DNA of 63,877 nucleotides, the filler included, from Reticulomyxa filosa (lineage: Eukaryota; Protista; Foraminifera): NCBI GenBank assembly GCA_000512085.1. It is 23 parts of 23 records of this genome, joined end to end, with 100 filler letters (N's around TTAATTAATTAA, not from the genome) between each part and the next. Parts side by side here need not be neighbours in the genome. Positions count along the whole stretch, not along the records: positions 49,306 to 51,389 come from ASPP01003064.1; positions 51,490 to 54,934 come from ASPP01041812.1; positions 55,035 to 58,057 come from ASPP01017061.1; positions 58,158 to 59,449 come from ASPP01012260.1; positions 59,550 to 61,606 come from ASPP01019681.1; positions 61,707 to 62,721 come from ASPP01013825.1; 17 more parts are not named here. One strand, given 5' to 3'. Both the position numbers and the translations under genes were made by a program. Below are positions 49,569-61,960 of this stretch, one piece after another (the first letter of the stretch is position 1; every line of letters starts with the position of its first letter). The notes beneath the pieces were generated by a model that was not told where the DNA came from, searched no databases, and worked only from the letters and a program-made list of their open reading frames with translations.

Positions 49569-51279
49569 TTGGATCAAAATAAACCGTGGAATGAAGCAAA
49601 TATGGTAGCTCATACATTAATCGAGGAAATGATTGAAGAGGCAGAAAAAGGAATTGTGATTGTCTCAACCAGTTTTAATCAGTTTGCAAGACCAAATGAT
49701 CGATGGTTTTTTCAACACGTTCCTTTTACAATGATGATTAATCAAGATAAGTATATTAGAAATAAAAGAGAAGTTCCACCATATGTCGTTTATGCATTTT
49801 GTTCAGAAAATATCACATTTGATAATGTTATAATCGATGGATGTGTTTATGTTGTTGATTGTGTCATTGATGGAACTGATTATGTTCACATTACTAAACA
49901 TATTTTCCATACCAGAAAATCTGTTATTCGTTATAATTTCCAACCACCTGTTTTCACTGTCTTATGGCCCATTGATTTTAACAGCCTTTTTCAATCAGTA
50001 AACAATTTATGTCAGAACTCAAATTTTGATGAGGCAATTTCATTGCTTCGTTTTATACTTTGTGCTAAATTGCAAACACCGAATAAGTCTGACATTCAAC
50101 TCGCATACTGTTTTGTCTGGTTCTCACAAGTATTTATTGCAAAAAAAGATTTTGACAGATCAATTGTATACAATAAGAAAGCGTTGAGAATAAGATTAGA
50201 TAAATTGGGACCAGATCACATTGATGTTGGTAATGTGTACTATACATTGGCGATTGCTTATAACGAGAAAGGGGAATACGATAAAGCATCTGATTGTCAC
50301 CAACAAGCGCTGGAAATTCGGTTAAAAAATTTAGGCGATAATCACAGTGATGTTGCCATGTCTTACGACAGTTTGGGAAGAGTCTATCATATGAAAGCAA
50401 AATATGACCAAGCATGTGAACTTCACGAAAAAGCATTGGACATTTACTCGAAACAATTGGATGGAAATCAAATAAATATTTCCATGTGTTACTGTCACTT
50501 GGGAAACGCTCTTCGTGAAAAAGGAGAATATGTTAAATCAATTGAATATCATGAAAAAGACTTAAAAATTTCATTAGAACAATTAGGCGAAGATCACATA
50601 GATTATGGAAAGTCGATGTTTTGGTTGGGGATGGTATATTTTGAAATAGAAGAATACGAAACATCGATAGGATATCTTGAACAGGCATTGGATATTCAAT
50701 TAAGGAAACTTGGTAAAAAATATACTTGTTGCAATATCATTGAGTGAATTGGGATTGATGTGGATAAAAGGAAAAATGCAAATAAACAAAGCTAAAGAGT
50801 ATGTCGACAAAGCTTTGGAAATTTTGAACGATGATAAGAACAATAGCTTTGATTTAGAGCTTGCAAAATCTTATGATGTTCTGGGATTGATATTGGAAAA
50901 GAGTGAAAAATATGAAGAAGCAATTCAATATTTTGAAAAATCATTGGAAATTAAATTTAAAAAAGCTTGTGATCATCCTCGTATCGGTTGGTCTTTCCAT
51001 TATTTGGCAAGTGTATTTAAAAATAAGAATAATTTGAATAAATCAATTGAATATGGAGAAAAAGCTTTGGAATTGAGATTAAATAAATTAGATCGTGATC
51101 ATCCATACGTTGGCGAATCTTATGTTCTTTTAGGAGATATTTATCTTGCAAGAGGAAATAAAACTAAAGCAAAAGAATGTTATGAAAATGCACTCCAGAT
51201 TTTTAATACAAGGTTTGGTGAACAACATCAAAAGACAGTGCGTGTGAGATTGATATTGGAACATATCAATGAAGTTTGA
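49569..51279 (+). CDS. TPR-repeat protein (kinesin-light-chain/TPR_12-like expanded family), frameshifted
   Basis: 42-aa repeats such as KALRIRLDKLGPDHIDVGNVY. Two overlapping ORFs are joined by a slip in the A6 run at 50715-50720. Confidence 0.9.
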
Positions 51280-52499
51280 TTATCTATTGTTTAATTATAT
51301 TTAGTCACAGATAATAATAAAAATAAAACAAAAAAAAAGAAGGATAAAAGTGTACAATGGTGGGAAGAAAAAGATGAAAATAATAAAGANNNNNNNNNNN
51401 NNNNNNNNNNNNNNNNNNNNNNNNNNNNNNNNNTTAATTAATTAANNNNNNNNNNNNNNNNNNNNNNNNNNNNNNNNNNNNNNNNNNNNTGAAAATATCT
51501 AGTCTTGTTCACTTCTCCTTTTTTCTATTTTTGATATCTTTTTGCCAATCCTATGGAAACACTAGTTAAGAAATGGAAACAATGAAATAATTAGTCAAAA
51601 GAGAGATCATCTATGGATCGAACGAGTGTCGGGCTATGAGAAGACTGGTAAGGTTTTTTTATTCAACGTTTTTTATACTTTTTGACAGAACTGCAAGCAC
51701 AATTGTCATTGATGTTTTTGTTTGATTGGTGCTACATTGTCGGCTTATTCCTTTTTTTTGTCTTGTTAAGATTTGCTGTTGATACTCCACCACGACACAA
51801 TACATTATCATGAATTCGCCATCAAATATTTCCGAATTTGTTTAGAGTTGCGTAAACATAGAATATGCGCTCAGTTCCCCTTTCTTACGTATGTGAACGC
51901 CAGATAAATATTGTTATCATTAAGTAAACCACCCCAAATTCCAATACATGGCAAATAAAGAGCCATCCAACAAACCAGAGAATGACATTAACAAAATCTG
52001 AGGGGTTAAATGGTCTAACATCCGGTCAACTATTGCCCAAAAAAAGGGCTCAAGAGAAAAGCAACACTTTGGTTCATTAATTAAAATTTTTAACCACTTG
52101 AATTTTTTCTTATTTACTTTATTCCTTTTCTGGAAAGAGTTTTTTGTAAACGACGCAAAAATTTTCATTCTCTTTTTGTGGTAACTGATAAAATCCACTT
52201 TTTATATTCTTAGAAAAACCTGAAGACAAATGCCAATAAAAAATACAATCTATTTACAAAAAATCGGGCTTTCCCACCACGTTGTATCACAAAAAAAAAA
52301 TTAGATTTGATTTTCAACTTAAAACTTATTCTTATCAAATTACACTAACTACAAAAATTGGAACTAAGTTTTTTTCATTATCAAAAAAAAAATCCTTGAT
52401 AGGTTTTTTTTATGGAAAAAAACTCTTCAAAATTGACATTACATAAATTGTGATAGTTATTGTCAAAAATATTCCAAGGAAGACAAAACTTTTCTTAAT

Positions 52500-52670
52500 G
52501 ATAATATGCGATAAACTGTTGGTGATCGTATTCAAATTAAGTCATTGAGTATGATAAAAATAACAAGCTCTTAAATCTACCTCCACAAACGAGGATTTCG
52601 TGCTTGTGTAGACACATTGGGAGTCAGGAAGCAGAGTAGGCAACTCCTTCAAAGTTTGAAAGATTTGAAA
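52500..52670 (-). pseudogene. Kelch-like family 5' remnant
   Basis: FQTLKELPTLLPDSQCV has nearly the same DNA as 23460-23520, then decays. Confidence 0.75.
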
Positions 52671-52759
52671 GTTTTTGTTAAAAACCCTTCTTCGTTGTTT
52701 TTGAGATAAAAAAGTTCAAAGTTTTTCATCTTATATCATTCAAAAAGATCTCAAGAGAA

Positions 52760-53550
52760 ATGACTACCCTTAGAAACGAAAAAGTGATGCCACAATAAGC
52801 CTCTTTTCAATCTTTCTAGAAGCTGGTTTTGTATTGTATTTGCAATTGAACAGAAGAGGATATCCAAAAAGTTATCCAATATTGGATCCAAACATTAAAC
52901 ATTAAATTAGGATGGATTAAAGATTTCGACCGACTTATCATTAAATATGTTAAGTTGTTTCTTTTGTCATATTCAATGGATAATATTTATTCATATTTAC
53001 AATTTAACACATGCAACTAACTTCTTTATATTTGAGATGTTTCATTCATCATCCAAATTACTCAAGACTTTCACTGGACATATTAATCAATAAATAGTAT
53101 TGATTACTTCACATCCAATAGTAATCAGTTAATTTGTTCTGGATCAAATGACAACACAATTCGTGTATGGGATGTAGAGACCACAAAACAAATTCAATCA
53201 TTCGATAGACATTCAGGTTATGTGTATTGTGCGAAATTTTCACAATATCATCATTATAACAATTGTCGTAGTGTCATTTGTTCTTCATACCACGATAAAA
53301 CGATTCGTTTTTGGGATTTCAAAGATAATCAACAATTGCAAGTATTATATGAACATACAGGTTGGATTGGTCCAATTGAATTTTTAGATATTTGTGTTCT
53401 GGATCATCTGACACAACTATTCGCTTACGGATGTTGAAATATCCAAATGATTACATGTTTTCAATGGACATGAAAATTCTGTCCGGTGTGTCGATATTTC
53501 GCCACTACAAAGCAATAGCAATAATAAAAGGAATAATATTGTTATATAGT
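52760..53550 (+). pseudogene. WD40 family pseudogene
   Basis: IKLGWIKDFDRLIIKY, SSSKLLKTFTGH, ICSGSNDNTIRVWDVE and DKTIRFWD, with frameshifts and stops. Confidence 0.85.
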
Positions 53551-54636
53551 TACTTTTCCTTTGGGCCCATCTGGTAGCGTTAAAATAATTTTAATGTGAG
53601 ATAGATTATTTGATAAAGTAAAAAGGGAATTTTTGCTATCTCTCATACAAATGCTTTCTATGTTAAGCTTTCAGAGTTTATTCGTCCAATCACTCAAAAA
53701 TTTATTCGGATTATTTTTGTTTCAAGTGTAATAAAAGGAAAGTAAAATGATATTAAATTTGTTTGATTTGATTAAACACAAGCATTGAAAGATTTGTTCT
53801 ATTTACTTTGGTTGAAAAAATTCAAAAAAGCTGCGTTCAATGTTTTTAAAAAATTCAAAAGTATAATTGATGAAAAATAACAAAATCAATTACAAAACAT
53901 TTGAAGCATTGTGTTTTTTTTCATTACAAATTAATGCATGATATTTTATAAAATTTTACTCAAACCAACACTTAAATAATTATTCAAGATTGAGTTCGGA
54001 TGGATCAATAATTTGTTATCATATGTTGAATACATTCTAGTGTACAACAACAATTCAAATTTGACATAGTAAAGTATGAATTGTGTGTAAAACATCAAAT
54101 ATTTTTGTTCTTTATCAAAGAAAATGTACACCCTGCTGAGGACAGTTTAATCAATTTTTCTTTTCGAAAACACGAAAAACTGAAATTATTTTAGACAGTC
54201 AACATCTTTGCGCAAAAGCATAATATCCAGTTTCTTGATTATTACAATTAATTATTGGAAAGAGAAAATTGAACAAGAAGCCAATCTGGACAATCGTCCC
54301 TTGTGTTTTCATCAACACATATCAAAGTAAATTAAAATAAAGATGTTGAAAAAACATTATTCAGTATATTTAATGTTGTGTATTTGGCAATGTTTCGAAG
54401 GAAAAATTTGAAAGAGATTACAAATCATCAAAAAAGGAAAGTATTGAAAGTAAATTATTGGAGAAAGTATTCTTATTAACCTGACTCAATGAATTTTTTT
54501 TGAAGAAAAGACTTTAAAGACATTGACAAGGGTTTGTTTTGATTTCCATTTCAATTTATTCAATTTAAAATTTGGATTATTGTCAACTCTTTTCACTAAA
54601 AAAAAATGATAAATCAAAAACTTCATTCATATAAGT

Positions 54637-54934
54637 TCATCCCCAAACATAAATTGAGCCATTAGCTAAACCATAACATAAGTTAAAACAAATATTAACA
54701 TTTGATTTTTGTTCATTGTTATTTATTTTTCTTTTTAATTCTATAAATTTAAGACATACTACTCCATCTACTTTCATCACATGCAATTCATTCTTATTTG
54801 ATCGAATATCCCAAAAACGAATTGTATTATCATCTGCTCCGGAACATATCACATTTGAATTACAACTACTATTTTTTATTACAAATGGTGAATATTCAAC
54901 AGCACGAACCCAGTCTGTATGTCCATTGAACACT
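54637..54934 (-). CDS. WD40 protein C-terminus (partial)
   Basis: FNGHTDWVRAVEYSP...ICSGADDNTIRFWDIRSNK...IYVWG then stop. Confidence 0.88.
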
Positions 54935-55120
54935 NNNNNNNNNNNNNNNNNNNNNNNNNNNNNNNNNNNNNNNNNNNNTTAATTAATTAANNNNNNNNNN
55001 NNNNNNNNNNNNNNNNNNNNNNNNNNNNNNNNNNAAAAAAAAAAAAAGTTCAGACATAAGTGAACAAAAAAAGTTTGTAGTATACGTTTGTAGGTGTTGA
55101 ATATAAAGTTTGAAACAAAC

Positions 55121-55813
55121 CTGTCTTTGTGAATCATTGAAATAAGCAGGCACAGTGATCACAGCATTTTTAACGGGCTCCTTCAAAAAGGCTTCGGCAA
55201 TGGATTTCATTTCGGCTAAAATCATAGCCGCGATTTGTTCGGGATGAAAGATGTGTGTTTCGGATTGCCATTCCACCTGAAAAGCGGGCTTGTTTTTAAA
55301 CGAGGGCAGTTCTTCCATTCTTTCTTCGTTGCTTTCGGCCGTCACTAGCAGTGACGATGACGACGTGTTTAGGTTGTCCTTCGTCGCTATTACTCGAAAC
55401 GGCCAACGGTTTATATCCCTTTGCACTACCTCCTCGTTAAATTTTCTCCCAATCAAACGCTTCGATTCAAATATTGTGTTCGTTGGATTCTCCGTTGCTT
55501 GGTTTTTCGCTGGCAATCCTACCAGTCGTTCCGATGCCGTAAATGCCACCACTGAGGGCGTTATACGATCACCGTACTGGTTGGGAATTATATGAACTTC
55601 TTTGTTCTAATTTTTTTTTTTTTTTTTTGCCAAAGTCCTTCCATATTCCTTATCAGAAGGAACTTTTTTTTCTCTTTTCCACCCTCCCCATGTATTTGCT
55701 ATTTTAAACTATCTTACTTTCCATACGGCGACACAACTATATGATGTCCCAAGATCGATCCCTATGGTATAATTGCTGCTTTCTGATTCCACATTTTTTT
55801 GTTCGGAAGCCAT
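55121..55813 (-). CDS. HSP70: HSP70 family protein, N-terminal NBD exons
   Basis: [40 protein letters not shown] and [15 protein letters not shown], with one intron. Confidence 0.95.
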
Positions 55814-56534
55814 GGTTGCTTATTTCAATTTTTTTAACTCCCCCCAAAAGTGAACGACGTTTTCAGCTTTGCTTGAGTTGAATTCTTAGCGTTTTTCAAA
55901 ATTAATAGACCTTGTTGTTGGCACTGAAATTTGAAACTTTTTCGAACAGTAACCATTGTTGATGAAAATAATACAAATCCAAGAAGAAAAGAAGGAGAGA
56001 AAAAAATAAGTAATATTTTTTCACAAATGGAATCCACCCTGTCATTGGAAAAGAAGAAGGGAAAAAAAAATAAATTGATAGAGAGAGAGAGAGAAAAAAA
56101 CAAGTTAGTACAATTCGCCCGTGGCACACACACACACAATTAAAAAAGTGAGAATACGAACACAAGAAAGAAAAATGGACATTCACAAAAAAACGAAAAA
56201 AACACAAAAAAAATTGGGAAAAGCAAAGAAAAAGATCATCCAAAACACAAACCGAAAAATTCAACACGTCGTGTTATTGGAGAAGAAGAAGAAGAAGAAG
56301 AAGAAAAACCTGTAAATGGGTGAGGCTTAGAAGAACATTAAAAAAATATTTTTAGTTAAAAAAAAAAAAAAGAAAAATAATATTTCATTTCCATGATCTG
56401 AGTGTTAAAAAAGTTACAACAAACATCCACAATAAGTTACAGCGAGGAATAAACACAGTTAAAACAGTCGATTGAAAACGAAAGCAAAGAAAACATCCTT
56501 TCTCTCATATATTTGCGTGGATACACTTTTGTGA

Positions 56535-57997
56535 TTAGAAGTAAGTGGGTTGTTGTATATCATTTATCTTTGGCTGTCGTGCAGGTGAAACACGAGTGTT
56601 ACTTGGATCGACCATCATTGCATTTGGCGATAATCTCTTGCTTTGCTGCTGACTGAGGACCGGGACAGTGTTAAATTCGGTACGAACAAGTACCCTGCCG
56701 CCTTGGTTCATCAGCTCGTCCTCATGTTCATTGATGCGTAATGGATTTGTAAGGAGTTTGTTTTTTTTTTGCCTTTGGATTTGCCTTTCTCCTTGTCTTT
56801 ACTTTTGCTCTTGGTCTTATAGCCAATATTGTTGTTGTTATTGTTATTGTTATTGTTGCTATTGATGCTGTTGTTGATGCTGATGTTGATGTTGTTGGTT
56901 TGATAATTGCTGTCATTGATTTTGTTGGATTGAAGGAAGGGTAGTGGAACAGTGTTGAGATTCAAATTGGACAAGTCGTGATAATAGGGCTGATTAGGAG
57001 GAGCGGCATTGCCGGTGGGATTGGGGACACTGGACAGCGGAGAATCTAATGAAAGACGATACTGTACGGCAGTGGGATTGGCTTGCAAATGAGAGCGAGA
57101 TTGGGACCGAGCTTGTGATTGGGTTTGGGGTTGGGGTTGGGGTTGAAGTCGAGATGTCTTTGTTGTTCTTGGTGGTGCTGGAGAGGGTGAAGCAGAGAGA
57201 GGAAGAGATGGAAATGCCATTGGAGTGGGGGAAGCTGTTCCCATAATCGATGGAATTGGAGACGGTGAGGCACCTTTTCACGAACACACAATAATAATAC
57301 GATATACATTTATACACATACATATATACAATATCATATATACAATATCATATATACAATATCATATATACAATATCATATATATTGTATATATGTATGT
57401 ATAAAATAAATAACCATCGCAAGCAAATGCAGGTGTCAAAGTCTTGCTATTCATCAAAGTGATTGACGTTCGACTGTACATATTTTGGAATTGTTTTTGA
57501 ATTTGATTGGTGACAGTAGAATGAATGGGTGCTGGAAGCCATAACGACCCGTTGGTGCCCGCCAATTGCAAATGGATGCAAGGTAACCTCGTTAATTCAT
57601 ACATAATTTGGTACTGATATTCCAATTCCTCGCACCATTCATTGCGCTGTTGGAGATTCGCACAACGAAATCGCAAGTACTTGCTGCGCATTTTACTTTT
57701 TTTCAGCACCGCGTCTTTCCTTGACCGACCCGCATTTTGATCCCGATACAATAGGTCACAGTGATCATTCCACTGCAAATTGCCAAGATAATTTGGCGCA
57801 CTTTTCTTGTCAATCGTATGCAGATAGAACTGAGTGTCGTTTTGTTCATCGCGAATCACTTTGTGAATGCACGCCAAAGACAGCACCAAATGTCATGTTG
57901 CAGTGTGTCTTGTACATTTTGTGGGTTTATGAATTCGTCAAATAAAAACAAATTGAAGTCCATTGCCAATACATATTTTTTCGTCCATAATGTCTTC
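56535..57997 (-). CDS. PH-domain protein with a Pro/Gln/Asn-rich tail (5' truncated, frameshifted)
   Basis: LWTKKYVLAMDFNLFLF...FYLHT...LRFRCANLQQRNEWCEEL is PH-like. Frame slips at about 57893 and in the A-run at about 56765. Confidence 0.7.
57321..57384. repeat. 14-bp tandem repeat (CATATATACAATAT, about 4.5 copies) in an intron
   Basis: Perfect repeat units are directly visible. Confidence 0.9.
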
Positions 57998-58179
57998 TAT
58001 CATAATTCAAAACAAAACAAATAAAAGACACACATATTTTGTTTTCCAAAAAAAAAANNNNNNNNNNNNNNNNNNNNNNNNNNNNNNNNNNNNNNNNNNN
58101 NTTAATTAATTAANNNNNNNNNNNNNNNNNNNNNNNNNNNNNNNNNNNNNNNNNNNNATGGTAAAATTTTGAAATAGCA

Positions 58180-58488
58180 AGATCTGGGGAAGTAGACAAA
58201 AAATCATTGTTGGTTCGAAATTTTCCTTTTGACAGTGAAGCGGAAGACATTGAAAACGCCTTGCGAGCAGTGTTGAACGAAAATCTCCCGGAAGAAGATG
58301 TGCAAAAAGTGAGAGTATTTGTCCCAAAGTTGGAAACGGGAAAAGCCAAAAGCTTCGCTTTTGTCAACTGTCAGGATGAAAATACAGCAGCCACACTTCT
58401 TGAAGCGTTTCAAGGAAAAGAGTTCCTTGGTCGCCAATTGCAGTCGTTATATGCCTTCCAACGACCACCAAGAAACCCAACATACTAA
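58180..58488 (+). CDS. RRM-domain protein, C-terminal exon
   Basis: RNP2 LLVRNFP and RNP1 KSFAFVNC; ends with TAA. Confidence 0.88.
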   Translation, partial: RSGEVDKKSLLVRNFPFDSEAEDIENALRAVLNENLPEEDVQKVRVFVPKLETGKAKSFAFVNCQDENTAATLLEAFQGKEFLGRQLQSLYAFQRPPRNPTY

Positions 58489-59028
58489 AGACTTTTTAAA
58501 AAGGAATTCCATTCGCGGTAGTGTATGTTGAACTTTGTTGTTTTTTTGTTTTTTTTGGTGCAAAGAGAGCGAAAATTGCAAGGGATTAAAGGGAATGGGA
58601 TTGCCTAAGTGTAAACCAGTACAGTTTGAAAGATTGATTCGTCAGTTTTTTTTCCTGCTATTGTGTTATTACTTTTTTTACAATCTTGTTTTATTCAGAT
58701 TCATCAATGTAAAATTGATTCTGTCCTTTTTAGAAATAAACAAAAAAATGGGCTTTTTTAATTTTTCATTTATTCTTTTTTTTTGATTTGGCTTTCTACA
58801 CGACCAAAGAACCAAAAGATAAGAGTTTTTATAAGGTGAAAAAGGCTTGTAACTGAAACTAAATTTTATTAAATCCGATTTAATTTACTTATAGCATGTG
58901 CTCATTAAGTGACAAATGCTCACAACGCAAAACAAATTGTAAAACAATGTTTTATGAAAGTTCAACCCCTCTCAGACCAGACTAAAAAAAACCATTTATA
59001 TCCCGTTATAACTCAATTACTAGATTAA

Positions 59029-59362
59029 ATGTCCAGACAAGCTCCCAATCAAGGTTTTTTCTTTTTTTTTTGTTGCTTCAAGGTAAAAACATTAGCAAAA
59101 CAATTTTTTGACAGATCCGTCAACACTTTCCAGATGGATATTAAAAGAGCAACAAAAATATCCCAAAGCTAAAGGCGACCTAACTTTGCTGCTTAACTCT
59201 ATCCAATTGGCTTGCAAAATCATCACTAATGCAGCCAAGGGTGCAGGCATATATAACTTGTACGGCGTAACTGGTGATGAAAACAAATCAGGCGACATTG
59301 TGAAAAAACTTGACGTGTTCGCTAATGATTCTATGATCAACGCAATTTCGTTCACAGGAAAA
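59029..59362 (+). CDS. FBP: Fructose-1,6-bisphosphatase class I, N-terminal part
   Basis: TLSRWIL...GDLTLLLNSIQLACKII...GIYNLYG...NKSGDIVKKLDVFAND. Confidence 0.93.
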
Positions 59363-60506
59363 GTAATTTTTATTTTTTTTTCTCGCTTCTTTCTCAAGTG
59401 TCTACTCTTTTCATACAAGGAAGCAAAAAAAAAAAAAAAAAAAAAAAAANNNNNNNNNNNNNNNNNNNNNNNNNNNNNNNNNNNNNNNNNNNNTTAATTA
59501 ATTAANNNNNNNNNNNNNNNNNNNNNNNNNNNNNNNNNNNNNNNNNNNNTTTTTTTTTTTGGATTGTTGTTTCTCATGGTTTTGAAGATGTGAAGATATA
59601 TAAATATTGAAAAAAAAGCAGTGGCAAATATTGTTGAATATAAAGAATTTTTTTTATAGCTACAAAAAAACAAACTTGGTTTCAGATTTGTATGCGTTTC
59701 TATAATTTATTGAAACAATTTTGAGTATAATTTACTTATTTTTGATAAAATTTTTTCGTGAGGAATACTATCCATGCTTTCTGTGTCCATTCGAGATAGA
59801 TGCTCAAAATTGTTTAAAAAATATACATATATATGCGGGAAATTGATGTCAAAGTTGATCATTTGTAATGTACAATCAACGCACGTTTGCGTGGTTATTT
59901 CAATATCTTTTTCCTTTCTCTTCAGGAAATACTTGTACATGATCGTTTTTCTGTGAAATCTCTTGTTCCAACATTTCATAATGTGCCATATGTCATACTC
60001 CTGAAGACGATTTGGTTTTGTAAACCGTTCTTCGCTTTCAAGAAAGACAGTGGGGAAGATTTAGCGTAAGACATTTGTGTGACAACAATCTTGTCATTCA
60101 ATATCATCGCTTTTGCTTTTTTTAAAAAATAATAAACAATGGACTTTTCGATGATCGTGCAAGGGACATCGATTAGTTGTTCTTTTATTTTACTTTTTTA
60201 ACAAAAGATTGATTTCCAATTCTTTTTTCTTCAACGGTCTGAAGGAGATACTTGCTTATAATTATTAAATGAATTTTTTAAATTTTTTATTTATGTTTTG
60301 TTAGTACGCTTTCAGAAAGTTTAAATTTTTCATCATCACTGTTTGAACTATTTTTTAATCTAAAAAAGTTTTTGTTCATTGAAATATTAGCAATTTTTTC
60401 TAAAAATATCTAATTGTGCATAAAACAAGATTTTTATTTTGACAGGGGGTTTGTAAAAACAAAAAGAACTAATATTTTATTTTTAAAACATTTCAATTCA
60501 AACAAG

Positions 60507-61543
60507 GAGAACAAACTGATGCAATCGAAATTAGACGAAGTAAAAGATGATGGTCTAAGTGGTAGAAATGATACCAAGAATAATATTGATATTGAAGATA
60601 TCAAATTTACTTACAAAAAAAGAGGATTTAGAAGCATAAAAAGAAAAAATTTTTACAAGAAAAGAAAACAGCTTAAGAAAAAGGTGGAGCAATTTCATCA
60701 AATTGATTCAACGATGATAAAAGCGACAAAATTGCAACCACTAACAGAGGAACAAAAAATTGTTGTTCAAAAAACATTTGACAAAGCTAAAAAGAACGAA
60801 AAAGCTTTAATTGTTGATGGAGAATATGGGAAGTTTGATTGGAAGTGACATTTTGTTGTTAACACCAAGGAAATGGTTGAACGACGAAATAATAAATTAC
60901 TATGCTGCGATGCTTGGAAAGCGGTCCAATAGTGGAGAATGCAAGAGCAGCGTAGTATTGCTAAATTCTTTTTTTTATACCAAGTTGGCGGGCAATGGAT
61001 ATAACTATAGCGCTGTCAGTCGATGGACGAAGACTGATCAGGTATAACTTTGTTATTATATTTGTATATATATATTTTTATTATGTTATAATATACAAAA
61101 TAGCTACATAGAAGATACCTTTCCAAAAATGTCAAAACAATTTTTGACTTGGAAAAGGTTATCTTTCCAATCAATATCAAGGATCATTGGATTTGTGGCT
61201 GTATCAATATCAAAAAGAAGAGAATTGAATTCCATTGTTCGATGGGGTCTGATTGCGGAGATCTTTATGTTATTTTAAAAAGATATATTGAAGATGAAAT
61301 AAACATAAACAATTATCAATTAACGAAACTTGGAGTTATCATGTGCCAACCGACGTTCCTTTACAAGATAATAATCTTGATTGTGGTGTATTTACATGTA
61401 TGTTCATGTATTGTTTATGTAATGACATCACTACTGACTTTGCACAAGGAGATATTGCCAATTTCAGATTAAAAATTGCATATGAGATAATAACAAATAA
61501 ATTGTTTGATGATGTCTTTATTTTTTTTTTCTTGAATAAATAA
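60507..61543 (+). pseudogene. Ulp1/SENP (peptidase C48) SUMO-protease-like gene with two frameshifts
   Basis: WLNDEIINYY, NSFFYTKL, VSRWTK, IFPINIKDHW and PLQDNNLDCGVF. Frame breaks at about 60835 and 61302. The Asp position reads FHCSMG. Confidence 0.85.
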
Positions 61544-61706
61544 TTTCAATTGTACAGCCCACGTAAAAGTCCTAAGTGCATCATAACATAGTTTTTTTTT
61601 TCACTTNNNNNNNNNNNNNNNNNNNNNNNNNNNNNNNNNNNNNNNNNNNNTTAATTAATTAANNNNNNNNNNNNNNNNNNNNNNNNNNNNNNNNNNNNNN
61701 NNNNNN

Positions 61707-61949
61707 GGCCAGCGCCGCATTGCTCTCGACAACCTCGCCGCCGACCGGCGCGTAGATGTCGGACGCCGCCTTCACCGATTCGACGACGGCACAGGCTTCG
61801 CCCTTGGCGACCGTGCGGCCCGCGGCGGGCACGTCGACGAACACCACGTCGCCCAGCTGCTCCTGGGCATACTGGGTGATGCCGATCGTGCCGACATCGC
61901 CCTCGACGCGGATCCACTCGTGCTCTTCGGTGTACTTGGTCTCGGCCAT
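61707..61949 (-). CDS. gcvH: Bacterial glycine cleavage system H protein (3' truncated)
   Basis: [26 protein letters not shown] and the lipoyl-Lys motif [14 protein letters not shown]. Confidence 0.97.
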
Positions 61950-61955
61950 CTTGAT

Positions 61956-61960
61956 CTCCT
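61956..61960 (-). promoter_or_regulatory. Shine-Dalgarno AGGAG for gcvH overlapping the gcvT stop
   Basis: Minus strand reads GGT TAG GAG ATCAAG ATG, with AGGAG 6 nt before the ATG. Confidence 0.8.
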
